Source: a virus
Taxonomy: Duplodnaviria > Caudoviricetes
Direction: 5' to 3' (one strand)
IMG/VR virus record: IMGVR_UViG_3300037191_001756
Span: 1 to 63,166 of that record
Length of the DNA: 63,166 bases
Shown: positions 1 to 7,399 of the stretch, in pieces
Layout of the letters: each line of letters starts with the position of its first letter
Position numbering within the stretch: the first letter of the stretch is position 1
Notes under the pieces: generated by a model
What the model saw: only the letters and a program-made list of their open reading frames with translations
Database searches by the model: none
Told to the model about the DNA's origin: nothing
Translations under genes and position numbers: made by a program

Positions 1-1
1 G

Positions 2-1027
2 TTTATAATACAACTACCTAGAATTGTACTTGCCGAGCTAAATACACACCGAATGTTTAGCAGAAACTCCGCAAGTAGTAGAGCTATTCCATTTAATAAA
101 ATGGTTAAGATGGTGATGGATAATCCTTTTATCCCCATTGCTTGGCAAAAAGACCATAAAGGTATGCAAGGAAATGAATATTTAACTGACATACATGATA
201 TAAATGGACAAATAGATAGTTGGCTAAAAGCTAGAAATGAAGTGATTTATTATGCCAAAGAGTTAAATGTAAGTGGTGGAGTAACAAAACAACTATGTAA
301 TAGGCTATTAGAACCTTTTATGTGGCATAAGGTAATTGTTACAAGTAGTGAAGAAGGTTTGATGAATTTCTTTAATTTGAGATGTCCTCAGTATGTAATG
401 GAAGAGGTACAACCAAATCTATCTAAAACTTATTATAAAAGTTGGAAGGACTTATGTAAAGACCAACCTCAAATGGTTAATTGTAGTATAGAACAAAGGT
501 TACTAGGAAACAAATCTCAGGCAGATGTCCACATTCAGCAAATTGCTGAAATGATGTGGGATTCAATGAATGAGTCTAAACCTAAGCAATTAAAATCAGG
601 TGATTGGCATGTTCCTTTTGGAGATAATATAAACTTATTGAAACTGTTTATTAGTCCTGCAATAGAAGGTGCTAGAAATTTATGTAATTTTACAATAGAT
701 GGTATATTACCTGCACGAGTAAAGATTGCCACAGCTAGGTGTGCTAGAATATCTTACAACAACTTCGAGGGTAAGGATGATTACGAAGCAGACTTAGATT
801 TGTATAACTCTTTGGTGGTAAGACCTTATACTAATAAGAAAGGTATTGAGTTTACAAAAGATGACCCTGTTCATGCAAGTCCTGCTGAACATTGTGCAAG
901 AGCTATGACGAACTTTGAATATAAATCAAGGTATTTAAAAAAAGAGAATGATGATACTGAAGAAGGTTGGTGTAGAAACTTTAAAGGATTCATTCAATTA
1001 AGACAAATTCAAGAAAACAATATTTAA
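2..1027 (+). CDS. thyX: FAD-dependent thymidylate synthase ThyX (5' truncated by window edge)
   Basis: Frame is open from base 2: LPRIVLAELNTHRMFSRNSASSRAIP, then GVTKQLCNRLLEPF, FFNLR and HASPAEH, typical of phage ThyX; the ATG at 53 is internal. Confidence 0.9.
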   Translation, partial: FIIQLPRIVLAELNTHRMFSRNSASSRAIPFNKMVKMVMDNPFIPIAWQKDHKGMQGNEYLTDIHDINGQIDSWLKARNEVIYYAKELNVSGGVTKQLCNRLLEPFMWHKVIVTSSEEGLMNFFNLRCPQYVMEEVQPNLSKTYYKSWKDLCKDQPQMVNCSIEQRLLGNKSQADVHIQQIAEMMWDSMNESKPKQLKSGDWHVPFGDNINLLKLFISPAIEGARNLCNFTIDGILPARVKIATARCARISYNNFEGKDDYEADLDLYNSLVVRPYTNKKGIEFTKDDPVHASPAEHCARAMTNFEYKSRYLKKENDDTEEGWCRNFKGFIQLRQIQENNI

Positions 1028-1050
1028 CATTTAAAATTATAAAATTATGA
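1025..1050 (+). repeat. Gene-junction repeat copy 1, TAACATTTAAAATTATAAAATTATGA
   Basis: Identical to 1586..1611; variant at 1308..1338; spans the stop of one gene to the ATG of the next. Confidence 0.85.
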
Positions 1051-1310
1051 ATACTAATAGCATTTTAATGTATGAAAGTAGAAAAGCTTCTTCAAATATC
1101 TGGGTATTATTTTTATTCCTAGGGTGGTCTCATGGCTCTCTTGGTAAAATGGGTTTACAATTTCTTTTTTACATAACATTAGGAGGTTTCGGAGTCTGGA
1201 CTATTATAAGATTATTCACTCTTAATAGTGCAATAAAAAAGTATAATCGTAAGATTGCTAATCAAGTAGGTTTAAGTCAAGAAGATATGATTGCATTAGA
1301 TTTAATTTAA
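1047..1310 (+). CDS. TM2/NINE-domain small membrane protein
   Basis: WVLFLFLGWSHGSLGKMGLQFLFYITLGGFGVWTII matches the TM2 two-helix pattern. Confidence 0.75.
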   Translation: MNTNSILMYESRKASSNIWVLFLFLGWSHGSLGKMGLQFLFYITLGGFGVWTIIRLFTLNSAIKKYNRKIANQVGLSQEDMIALDLI

Positions 1311-1338
1311 CATTTAAAATTGTAAAATAAAGACAATG
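1308..1338 (+). repeat. Gene-junction repeat variant TAACATTTAAAATTGTAAAATAAAGACAATG
   Basis: First 21 nt match copy 1 with one mismatch. Confidence 0.75.
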
Positions 1339-1611
1339 AGTTCAGAATCCCTGCATAATTTTTTTATAAAAGAAATCTATGAAAATATCTACGAAAACAA
1401 CAAAGGAGTATTGAAGATAAAAACTTGCTTCGTTAAAAAAGCCGCCAAAAAACTTGGCGGTAATTATGATTTATTGAGTGATTTGCAGAAGTTCTGTTTT
1501 AAAAATGATATTGTAACAGAACGTGTTGATTTACAAAAGGGGTTTGATGTTTACTACCTTAATGGTACACAATCACAGGCTAAAATAACATTTAAAATTA
1601 TAAAATTATGA
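1336..1611 (+). CDS. hypothetical protein
   Basis: 91-aa ORF in operon-like packing. Confidence 0.7.
   Translation: MSSESLHNFFIKEIYENIYENNKGVLKIKTCFVKKAAKKLGGNYDLLSDLQKFCFKNDIVTERVDLQKGFDVYYLNGTQSQAKITFKIIKL
1586..1611 (+). repeat. Gene-junction repeat, exact copy of 1025..1050
   Basis: 26-nt exact match, embedded in the 3' end of ORF 1336..1611. Confidence 0.85.
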
Positions 1612-1781
1612 GTAAAAAAACTAAATATCACTGTGATGATTGCTATTGCAGAGACTGTAGAAATGAAGAAACAGCAAGCCGCTCAAAAAGATTTGAGGAA
1701 GAAGAAAATTCAAAAGATTATCAAAAACTTGTTAGAGACAATGAAAGAATTCAAGATGAACTTTTTGGGTTTTTATACTAG
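1608..1781 (+). CDS. small Cys-cluster hypothetical protein (57 aa, not in ORF track)
   Basis: MSKKTKYHCDDCYCRDCRNEE...ELFGFLY*; ATGA overlap with the upstream stop; preceded by the junction repeat. Confidence 0.7.
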   Translation: MSKKTKYHCDDCYCRDCRNEETASRSKRFEEEENSKDYQKLVRDNERIQDELFGFLY

Positions 1782-1906
1782 ACATTGTAATTGACAAACT
1801 TGACTCTTAGAGGAACAAAGTAATAGGCAATTACTTTACTTTTTAAATTAAGTAGTAATGAGCTGCTTATAATTGGCTTAATAACAATAATTAAAATTAG
1901 TATAAA

Positions 1907-2116
1907 ATGGCAAACGGATTAGACTTTGCAATTAGAACAGCTTACAAAGATGCTCTTAAGAGCATTGAAGATAAAGACATAGACAATGCTGAAGAACTTT
2001 TTAAAGCTTATGCAGATTTAGTTGATTCTGAAAATAAACTCAATGCACAAGAGTTGGGTATTACTGTGATAGTAAAAGATTTTTGGGAAAATAAATTTTT
2101 AAATAGAAATCAATAA
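1907..2116 (+). CDS. hypothetical protein
   Basis: 69-aa ORF with A-rich start context. Confidence 0.7.
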   Translation: MANGLDFAIRTAYKDALKSIEDKDIDNAEELFKAYADLVDSENKLNAQELGITVIVKDFWENKFLNRNQ

Positions 2117-2118
2117 TT

Positions 2119-2292
2119 ATGACAAATCAAAAGGAATTACAAGAGAAAATTGAGCGTAATGATAGAGAAATCAAAGCTTTGCACGAAAAACGTGATAAGT
2201 TAGAAGAGAAAATAATTGACGCTTATTCGTCAATTAAAGTTTACATTCAAAGATTAGAAAATTTAGAAAAATCTAATGATGAAAAAATTTAA
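2119..2292 (+). CDS. small coiled-coil hypothetical protein (57 aa, not in ORF track)
   Basis: MTNQKELQEKIERNDREIKALHEKRDKLEEK...; starts 2 nt after the upstream stop. Confidence 0.65.
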   Translation: MTNQKELQEKIERNDREIKALHEKRDKLEEKIIDAYSSIKVYIQRLENLEKSNDEKI

Positions 2293-2425
2293 AATAATCT
2301 ATAAAGAAGGAAAGAGTGAAGCTAATAACTTTACTTTTATTAAAGCTTTATCAAAAGGCTTAGCTAGAGAAATATTTGAGAAAAATTTCTCAGATGATTG
2401 CTTAATTTTAAACATAGAAGGATGA
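2276..2425 (+). CDS. small hypothetical protein (49 aa, not in ORF track)
   Basis: MMKKFKIIYKEGKSEANNFTFIKALSKGLAREIFEKNFSDDCLILNIEG*; ATGA-coupled to the next gene. Confidence 0.55.
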   Translation: MMKKFKIIYKEGKSEANNFTFIKALSKGLAREIFEKNFSDDCLILNIEG

Positions 2426-2691
2426 AAAAGGTAACTTACCATAAATCACACACTTTTACAGATTCAGAAGGTATTAAAAATACTTTTCAAACTGAGTTAT
2501 ATTCTGTAGGGATATATTGTATCATTAATAATGACCCTAAGCAACAATTAAGTTTAGAACCAAAAAATTTGTTTGATATAGAAAAGAAATTAATTGAATT
2601 AGAAAACGAAGAAAAAATATCAGATTTAGTATTCGGAGAAGAAATAACAGTTTCTGATGAAACTGGATTATGGAAAGAAGTAAAATTATAA
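2422..2691 (+). CDS. hypothetical protein
   Basis: Track ORF 2398..2691; the ATG at 2422 overlaps the upstream TGA and is the likelier start. Confidence 0.7.
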   Translation: MKKVTYHKSHTFTDSEGIKNTFQTELYSVGIYCIINNDPKQQLSLEPKNLFDIEKKLIELENEEKISDLVFGEEITVSDETGLWKEVKL

Positions 2692-2694
2692 ACT

Positions 2695-3615
2695 ATGATA
2701 ATTTCAATAAGTGGTTTAAAAAACTCAGGAAAAGATTTAGTAGGGAGAATTATTCAATGGATAAATTCTCCTGCTGACCAAGAAGAAGGTTGGGAATTTA
2801 ATATCAAAGACGATTATAATGTAGGAGATTGGAAAATTAAGAAGTTTGCCGATAAACTGAAAGACATAGTTTGTATTCTCTTAGATTGTTCAAGAGAAGA
2901 CTTAGAGAATGAAGAGTTCAAGAATAAGGAATTAGGAGAAGAATGGTGGTATTACAGTGTTATACCAAGTCCTGAAATTAAAATTCCAACTTTACTACTT
3001 TTTGATAGCAGTAAAAGTTGGCTTGAAATTTATAAAAAAGTATTTCACACTTATCATTCTTATGAACTTATTAAACTAACTCCAAGACTTCTACTCCAAC
3101 TAATAGGAACAGAGTGTGGAAGAGAAATTATACATCCTAATATTTGGGTTAATAGTTTAATGAAAAATTATATAGCTGAAGACCATAGGTGGGATGATTG
3201 GACTAAATCAAGACCTGGGAAATCTTATCCTAATTGGGTAATCACAGACCTTAGATTTATCAATGAATATAAAGCTGTTCAAAAACAAAAACATTTGCAT
3301 ATTCATTTGGAAAGGTTTAAGGTGGGTGATTTAGTTGATTTCAAAGGTGCTTATTTTGATATTATTAAAATTGACGAGGAACACTGCGATTTAGAGCCTC
3401 TTGAAGATGGTTACAAGTTTTATTATAAAATACCTTACTCAGAATTATCTATTGTAAAAGATGATTTACATAAGTCAGAAAATACAGAACTATTAAGAGA
3501 ATCTTTTGATGAAAATGTTGTATATTTATACAATGTTGGTAGTATTGAAGAATTAATAAATAAAGTTAAAACAATTTATATTTATAATAAAATAATTAAA
3601 GATGACAATAAATAA
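2695..3615 (+). CDS. deoxynucleoside monophosphate kinase
   Basis: P-loop ISGLKNSGKD, FADKLKD, TPRLLLQLIGTECGR and VITDLRFINE motifs of phage dNMP kinases. Confidence 0.9.
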   Translation: MIISISGLKNSGKDLVGRIIQWINSPADQEEGWEFNIKDDYNVGDWKIKKFADKLKDIVCILLDCSREDLENEEFKNKELGEEWWYYSVIPSPEIKIPTLLLFDSSKSWLEIYKKVFHTYHSYELIKLTPRLLLQLIGTECGREIIHPNIWVNSLMKNYIAEDHRWDDWTKSRPGKSYPNWVITDLRFINEYKAVQKQKHLHIHLERFKVGDLVDFKGAYFDIIKIDEEHCDLEPLEDGYKFYYKIPYSELSIVKDDLHKSENTELLRESFDENVVYLYNVGSIEELINKVKTIYIYNKIIKDDNK

Positions 3616-3892
3616 CTTAAATGTAGGTGTAAACTTAGATAAAGAAAAGTTAGCTATAGATTTAGCTAATTTCTACATGGCAGAGAAATATTCTCTCATA
3701 GAAAATAAAACAGATATTAATAGTTTTCTATTTAAAGATGGAAAGTTTGATTCTAATAATTACCAAGATACATTACAACCAGAATTTACAAGAATGAAAA
3801 ATTTGTACTTATCTATGATTAATAGTAATATCAAAAGTTCTGTAAAAGAGCAAGTTAATATTTCTAATTTCACTGGAACTTTAAATTTATAA
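3602..3892 (+). CDS. hypothetical protein
   Basis: 96-aa ORF, tightly packed. Confidence 0.7.
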   Translation: MTINNLNVGVNLDKEKLAIDLANFYMAEKYSLIENKTDINSFLFKDGKFDSNNYQDTLQPEFTRMKNLYLSMINSNIKSSVKEQVNISNFTGTLNL

Positions 3893-3893
3893 A

Positions 3894-4451
3894 ATGAATT
3901 ACCAACTAATAGCAGAAATGATACAATCTAATACTATTTATTGGATTGTAGAAACAGAAGAAGATGACTTATACCTTGTTGGAACTTTAGACTTAAAAAT
4001 GATAAATGGAGTACATTATGAAAACCCATTGTTATTTTCTGATGTACATAGTCAAAGATATAAGGACATCAATAGTAACTTATCTTTAACAAAAGATTAC
4101 TTTCCTTTTCAACAATTAAGTATAGGGTCGTTTAAGAAAGGATTTCCACTACCTTACCCTACTTTTTTAAGTGCTACCACAGCTAGTAAATTACTTTTTA
4201 GTTTTTTAGCAGAAGTAAAGGGACCCAATCTTAAATTTTACAGTATTAATCTTTTGTGGTTAAAATATTTAAATGATAATTTACCTGAACACATAGGAAG
4301 TATTGATAATAAAGCAGTCTTTGAAAGTCTTGATAAAAAGGATTTCTATCTTAAGCAGTTAGAAGGAGATTACGTTTTGTATCATAAAGACCACAAAGAT
4401 TTATTATTTTATGAAATTTATGGTGTTATGAAAAAAGTGCATAATAAATAA
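3894..4451 (+). CDS. hypothetical protein
   Basis: 185-aa ORF, tightly packed. Confidence 0.75.
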   Translation: MNYQLIAEMIQSNTIYWIVETEEDDLYLVGTLDLKMINGVHYENPLLFSDVHSQRYKDINSNLSLTKDYFPFQQLSIGSFKKGFPLPYPTFLSATTASKLLFSFLAEVKGPNLKFYSINLLWLKYLNDNLPEHIGSIDNKAVFESLDKKDFYLKQLEGDYVLYHKDHKDLLFYEIYGVMKKVHNK

Positions 4452-4454
4452 CAG

Positions 4455-4901
4455 ATGAAATTTAAAGGATTTATAATAACAGACTTAAGCAGGTTACAGT
4501 TTAGGTCTGAAGTCCCTGATAGTGTAGGGACATGGACATTTAAGGAGTTCAAAGCAGTAGAACATCATAGTATTTTTACAGTTCTCATAGATTGCAGTAA
4601 AGAAGACTTAGAGTTAATGTTAGAATCTCTTTGGGATAATAAAAAACTGTGGATAGAAGAGAATTTAAACTTAAACAACTTTGGAGCTAATCAAGTATCT
4701 GAAGCTATTGTACCCTATGATTATGATATGCAAAGAAAAGTAGGGAATATTTATTCTGAAGATTTACCTGATGATAAAACAGATTTCTTAAGTTATATTA
4801 AAGTAAAGAAGCAGATATTTTATCAACCTGTAGATATTGAAGGGAAACCTTTGAGTGAAGAGTTGATTTTAAAATGTATTTTTCAGCAGTATTTTATTTA
4901 A
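4455..4901 (+). CDS. hypothetical protein
   Basis: 148-aa ORF, tightly packed. Confidence 0.75.
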   Translation: MKFKGFIITDLSRLQFRSEVPDSVGTWTFKEFKAVEHHSIFTVLIDCSKEDLELMLESLWDNKKLWIEENLNLNNFGANQVSEAIVPYDYDMQRKVGNIYSEDLPDDKTDFLSYIKVKKQIFYQPVDIEGKPLSEELILKCIFQQYFI

Positions 4902-4908
4902 AACTAAT

Positions 4909-5250
4909 ATGGATATTAACAGCAGATTTAAAGTAGCTTTTGAGGATTTAGGAATGTCTTATGATTCATTCTTAAAAAGTATTAATGTAGAGTTAGAAAA
5001 AACTCCATTAAAAATGTCAATAAGTAAAACAAGATTAACAAGAATGTTATCAGGAAAGACTTTTATACCTACATCAGTGTTATTTTACATGTGTGAAAAA
5101 CATGGATTTAATATTGAATTTTTCACAGAGAAGTCTGATGATTTATACACTCCAATTGTGGTTCCTGAAGATTCCTGTCAAGATACAACTGATATTGACA
5201 GTATTGACGGAAAATTGTGGAATAAAATTATTAACTTTTTTAAAAACTAA
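4909..5250 (+). CDS. putative XRE-like helix-turn-helix protein
   Basis: INSRFK...ISKTRLTRMLSGKTFIPTSVLFYMCEKHGFNIEFF resembles an XRE HTH. Confidence 0.55.
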   Translation: MDINSRFKVAFEDLGMSYDSFLKSINVELEKTPLKMSISKTRLTRMLSGKTFIPTSVLFYMCEKHGFNIEFFTEKSDDLYTPIVVPEDSCQDTTDIDSIDGKLWNKIINFFKN

Positions 5251-5254
5251 AAAC

Positions 5255-5635
5255 ATGAAGTACATTTGTATTATTGTTGTTATGCTTTTAAGTATGACAA
5301 TGTCAGGGCAAACTTTGCTGCCTAACCAAAAAGTAATCAAAAAAACGTTTAATTACTTTTTAATTGAAGGAAAGTCAAAGAAAGGAGAGTATAAAACTAT
5401 GTTGTATAGTTATACAGTTAGTTTTACACATAAAAGTAGTATAAAGTATGTTTATGCAGGAAACACAGAAGAAGAGGAACAATTGTACTCTGTTGTGTTA
5501 GACAATAGAAGAAACACTTCTAACTTTTTAAATGATTATAACTTGTTTACTTGGTATGTACAAGATGGAATAGTGCATTTAAGACAAGAAATATTATCAG
5601 GAGAGTATAAAGGATTGGTTTTAATATTTAAATAA
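5255..5635 (+). CDS. exported hypothetical protein with signal peptide
   Basis: Track ORF 5093..5635; the ATG at 5255 gives MKYICIIVVMLLSMTMSG/Q, a Bacteroidota-style signal peptide followed by Gln. Confidence 0.7.
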   Translation: MKYICIIVVMLLSMTMSGQTLLPNQKVIKKTFNYFLIEGKSKKGEYKTMLYSYTVSFTHKSSIKYVYAGNTEEEEQLYSVVLDNRRNTSNFLNDYNLFTWYVQDGIVHLRQEILSGEYKGLVLIFK

Positions 5636-5655
5636 AATACTGCTAAAATATTATT

Positions 5656-5663
5656 ACCTTTGA
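5656..5663 (+). promoter_or_regulatory. candidate Bacteroidota sigma-A -7 element (TACCTTTG)
   Basis: Exact TAnnTTTG in a ~100-bp intergenic gap; no clear -33 TTTG element. Confidence 0.4.
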
Positions 5664-5693
5664 TTTAGTTAAAATAGTATAAATAAGATTTAT

Positions 5694-5723
5694 GGAGAGA
5701 GGAGAGTGCAATCTTCTCTTTCC
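5694..5723 (+). promoter_or_regulatory. 5' leader hairpin GGAGAGAGGAGA-gtgcaa-TCTTCTCTTTCC
   Basis: 12-bp stem with G-U pairs, ending 16 nt before the ATG at 5740; no U tract. Confidence 0.5.
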
Positions 5724-5739
5724 AATTAAATTAATAAAC

Positions 5740-6459
5740 ATGAATAAAATAAATAAAATTTTACTTGCTTCGATAGCTTTACTGCTTGTTACTTGGGCAA
5801 TAAGCCTTTTAGTTATGATATTCTCAACAAGAAAAGTTGAAAACATAACTTTAGAAGATAATTCTAATACAAGAAGATGGACTGAAGATAGTGCTAATGT
5901 AGTAAGAGTTAATTCAATTAACTCTTTAACTTTAAGAGAGTTAAAAAAGTTAAAAACACAAGATTCTTTAATTAAAGAACTTATTATTACTGTAAATCAG
6001 TTTAAGAAAGAGCTTAAAAAAGGAGGTAGTGTCACTAACTTTACTACTACTAATATTATTAATGATACTATTTTTACTGATATCACTGATGTTGAATATG
6101 AAGTTGTTAATGATACTGTATTTGTATACCCTACTTATGAAGGTAAGCTTGATAATTTATGGTACTCAGGGCTTATTAGAGCCTCTAGAGAGACTCTAAT
6201 TCTTGATTCTTTAAAAGTGTATGGAGATTACTCTTTAATTCAAGGTACTGAGAAATATGGCTTTCTAAAGTTAAAACAAAAGAAATTTGTTCAAATTAAA
6301 TGTAACAATCCTTACGCTGAGATTGATAAAATAAAAACTTTCATAGTTCCACCTAAACAAAGAAAGATATACTTAGGAATTGGAGTGTTTGGAGGAATTA
6401 GTAATAAACAAGAACCTACCTATGGAGTAGGTATCAACCTTAGTTATAAAATATTTTAG
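5740..6459 (+). CDS. membrane-anchored protein, putative spanin-like lysis component
   Basis: N-terminal TM helix, coiled coil, DT-rich beta region and C-terminal GIGVFGG...YGVGINLSYKIF outer-membrane-type strands; likely start 5740. Confidence 0.5.
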   Translation: MNKINKILLASIALLLVTWAISLLVMIFSTRKVENITLEDNSNTRRWTEDSANVVRVNSINSLTLRELKKLKTQDSLIKELIITVNQFKKELKKGGSVTNFTTTNIINDTIFTDITDVEYEVVNDTVFVYPTYEGKLDNLWYSGLIRASRETLILDSLKVYGDYSLIQGTEKYGFLKLKQKKFVQIKCNNPYAEIDKIKTFIVPPKQRKIYLGIGVFGGISNKQEPTYGVGINLSYKIF

Positions 6460-6460
6460 T

Positions 6461-6790
6461 ATGTGGAATAAATTAAGAAACTTAATACTTAATAAGCTTG
6501 ATGCAACAGGTAATGAAATTGTAAAGAACAAACTAATTCCAGGAAGCATAGTGCTTAATAATATAGAACTGGAAGAAGGAGCTTTTAAAGTTTCTTTTCC
6601 TAAACAAGTTTATAAAGACTACACTGAAGATTTTATAAACTCCTCTATTAAGGATATGCTTATAAATGAACTTTTGAAAAAAGAAGAATTTTCTATTCTA
6701 GAAGAAAATGAAGTAGTTGAAGAAGATTATGATTTTATTCACATATACTATAAATTTAAGTATTATTTTAGATTTATTGAAAATAAATAG
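6461..6790 (+). CDS. hypothetical protein
   Basis: 109-aa ORF. Confidence 0.7.
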   Translation: MWNKLRNLILNKLDATGNEIVKNKLIPGSIVLNNIELEEGAFKVSFPKQVYKDYTEDFINSSIKDMLINELLKKEEFSILEENEVVEEDYDFIHIYYKFKYYFRFIENK

Positions 6791-6792
6791 TT

Positions 6793-7050
6793 ATGGATTT
6801 ATTAAATTTAAGTGGGTTGCTAGTTATTATTATTTTACTAGTTGTATTAGTTAGTTTAAGTTTCTATCTTGGGTACAAGTTTAGAAGCTCTTTGTTGTTA
6901 AAAGACAAGAACAGAAAAATTGTAGAAATAACCTCACATATTGTACATTGCTTAAAAAGTTTAACTCCAGAAGCTAAAAGTAATGATTATTGGGCTGAAA
7001 TTCAAAATTTTTGGATTATAGAAATAAAATCAATCTTAAAAAATGAATAA
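6793..7050 (+). CDS. small membrane protein
   Basis: N-terminal hydrophobic helix LLVIIILLVVLVSLSFYLGY. Confidence 0.7.
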   Translation: MDLLNLSGLLVIIILLVVLVSLSFYLGYKFRSSLLLKDKNRKIVEITSHIVHCLKSLTPEAKSNDYWAEIQNFWIIEIKSILKNE

Positions 7051-7330
7051 TATGAAAGAAACAAAATACTTAGTTGAATTAATTCAAGTAGGTTTAAATA
7101 AAAAGATTGTACTACATACAAATTTTATTATTACTCCTAGTTTTATAAATAACATAGATGGTATAAATAACTTTTCAATTCAAGGAAAATACGAATGTAT
7201 TATAGCAAAAGGTAAATTATTTAGTTGGAGAAAATTGTTGAAAAATATATCAATTGCTGTAAGAGAAAAAGATAGTCCTATTGGAATTATTGATGTTAGT
7301 AAAATTAAAGACCACCCTCACTATAAGTAA
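7043..7330 (+). CDS. hypothetical protein
   Basis: 95-aa ORF, last gene of the + strand block. Confidence 0.65.
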   Translation: MNNMKETKYLVELIQVGLNKKIVLHTNFIITPSFINNIDGINNFSIQGKYECIIAKGKLFSWRKLLKNISIAVREKDSPIGIIDVSKIKDHPHYK

Positions 7331-7352
7331 TTAAAAACACATAAAATTTAAA

Positions 7353-7390
7353 CCCGTAACAACCATAATAGGTTGCTTACGGGCTTTTTT
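7353..7390 (+). terminator. intrinsic terminator between convergent gene blocks, possibly bidirectional
   Basis: CCCGTAACAACC-ataata-GGTTGcTTACGGG followed by cTTTTTT; A-rich tract on the other side. Confidence 0.85.
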
Positions 7391-7399
7391 ACTTGACCA

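Noticed and set aside
1025-1611. CRISPR array interpretation of the 26-bp repeats
   Set aside because: Spacing is about 280 bp and each interval is a whole gene; no cas genes
1782-1906. tRNA gene in the largest intergenic gap
   Set aside because: No cloverleaf or T-loop GTTC motif; no tRNA recognised anywhere in the window
5093-5846. Long track starts at 5093 and 5692 and antisense ORFs 5143..5340 and 5643..5846
   Set aside because: Downstream ATGs at 5255 and 5740 give clean signal or TM N-termini without overlapping a gene or the hairpin; the antisense ORFs are shadows
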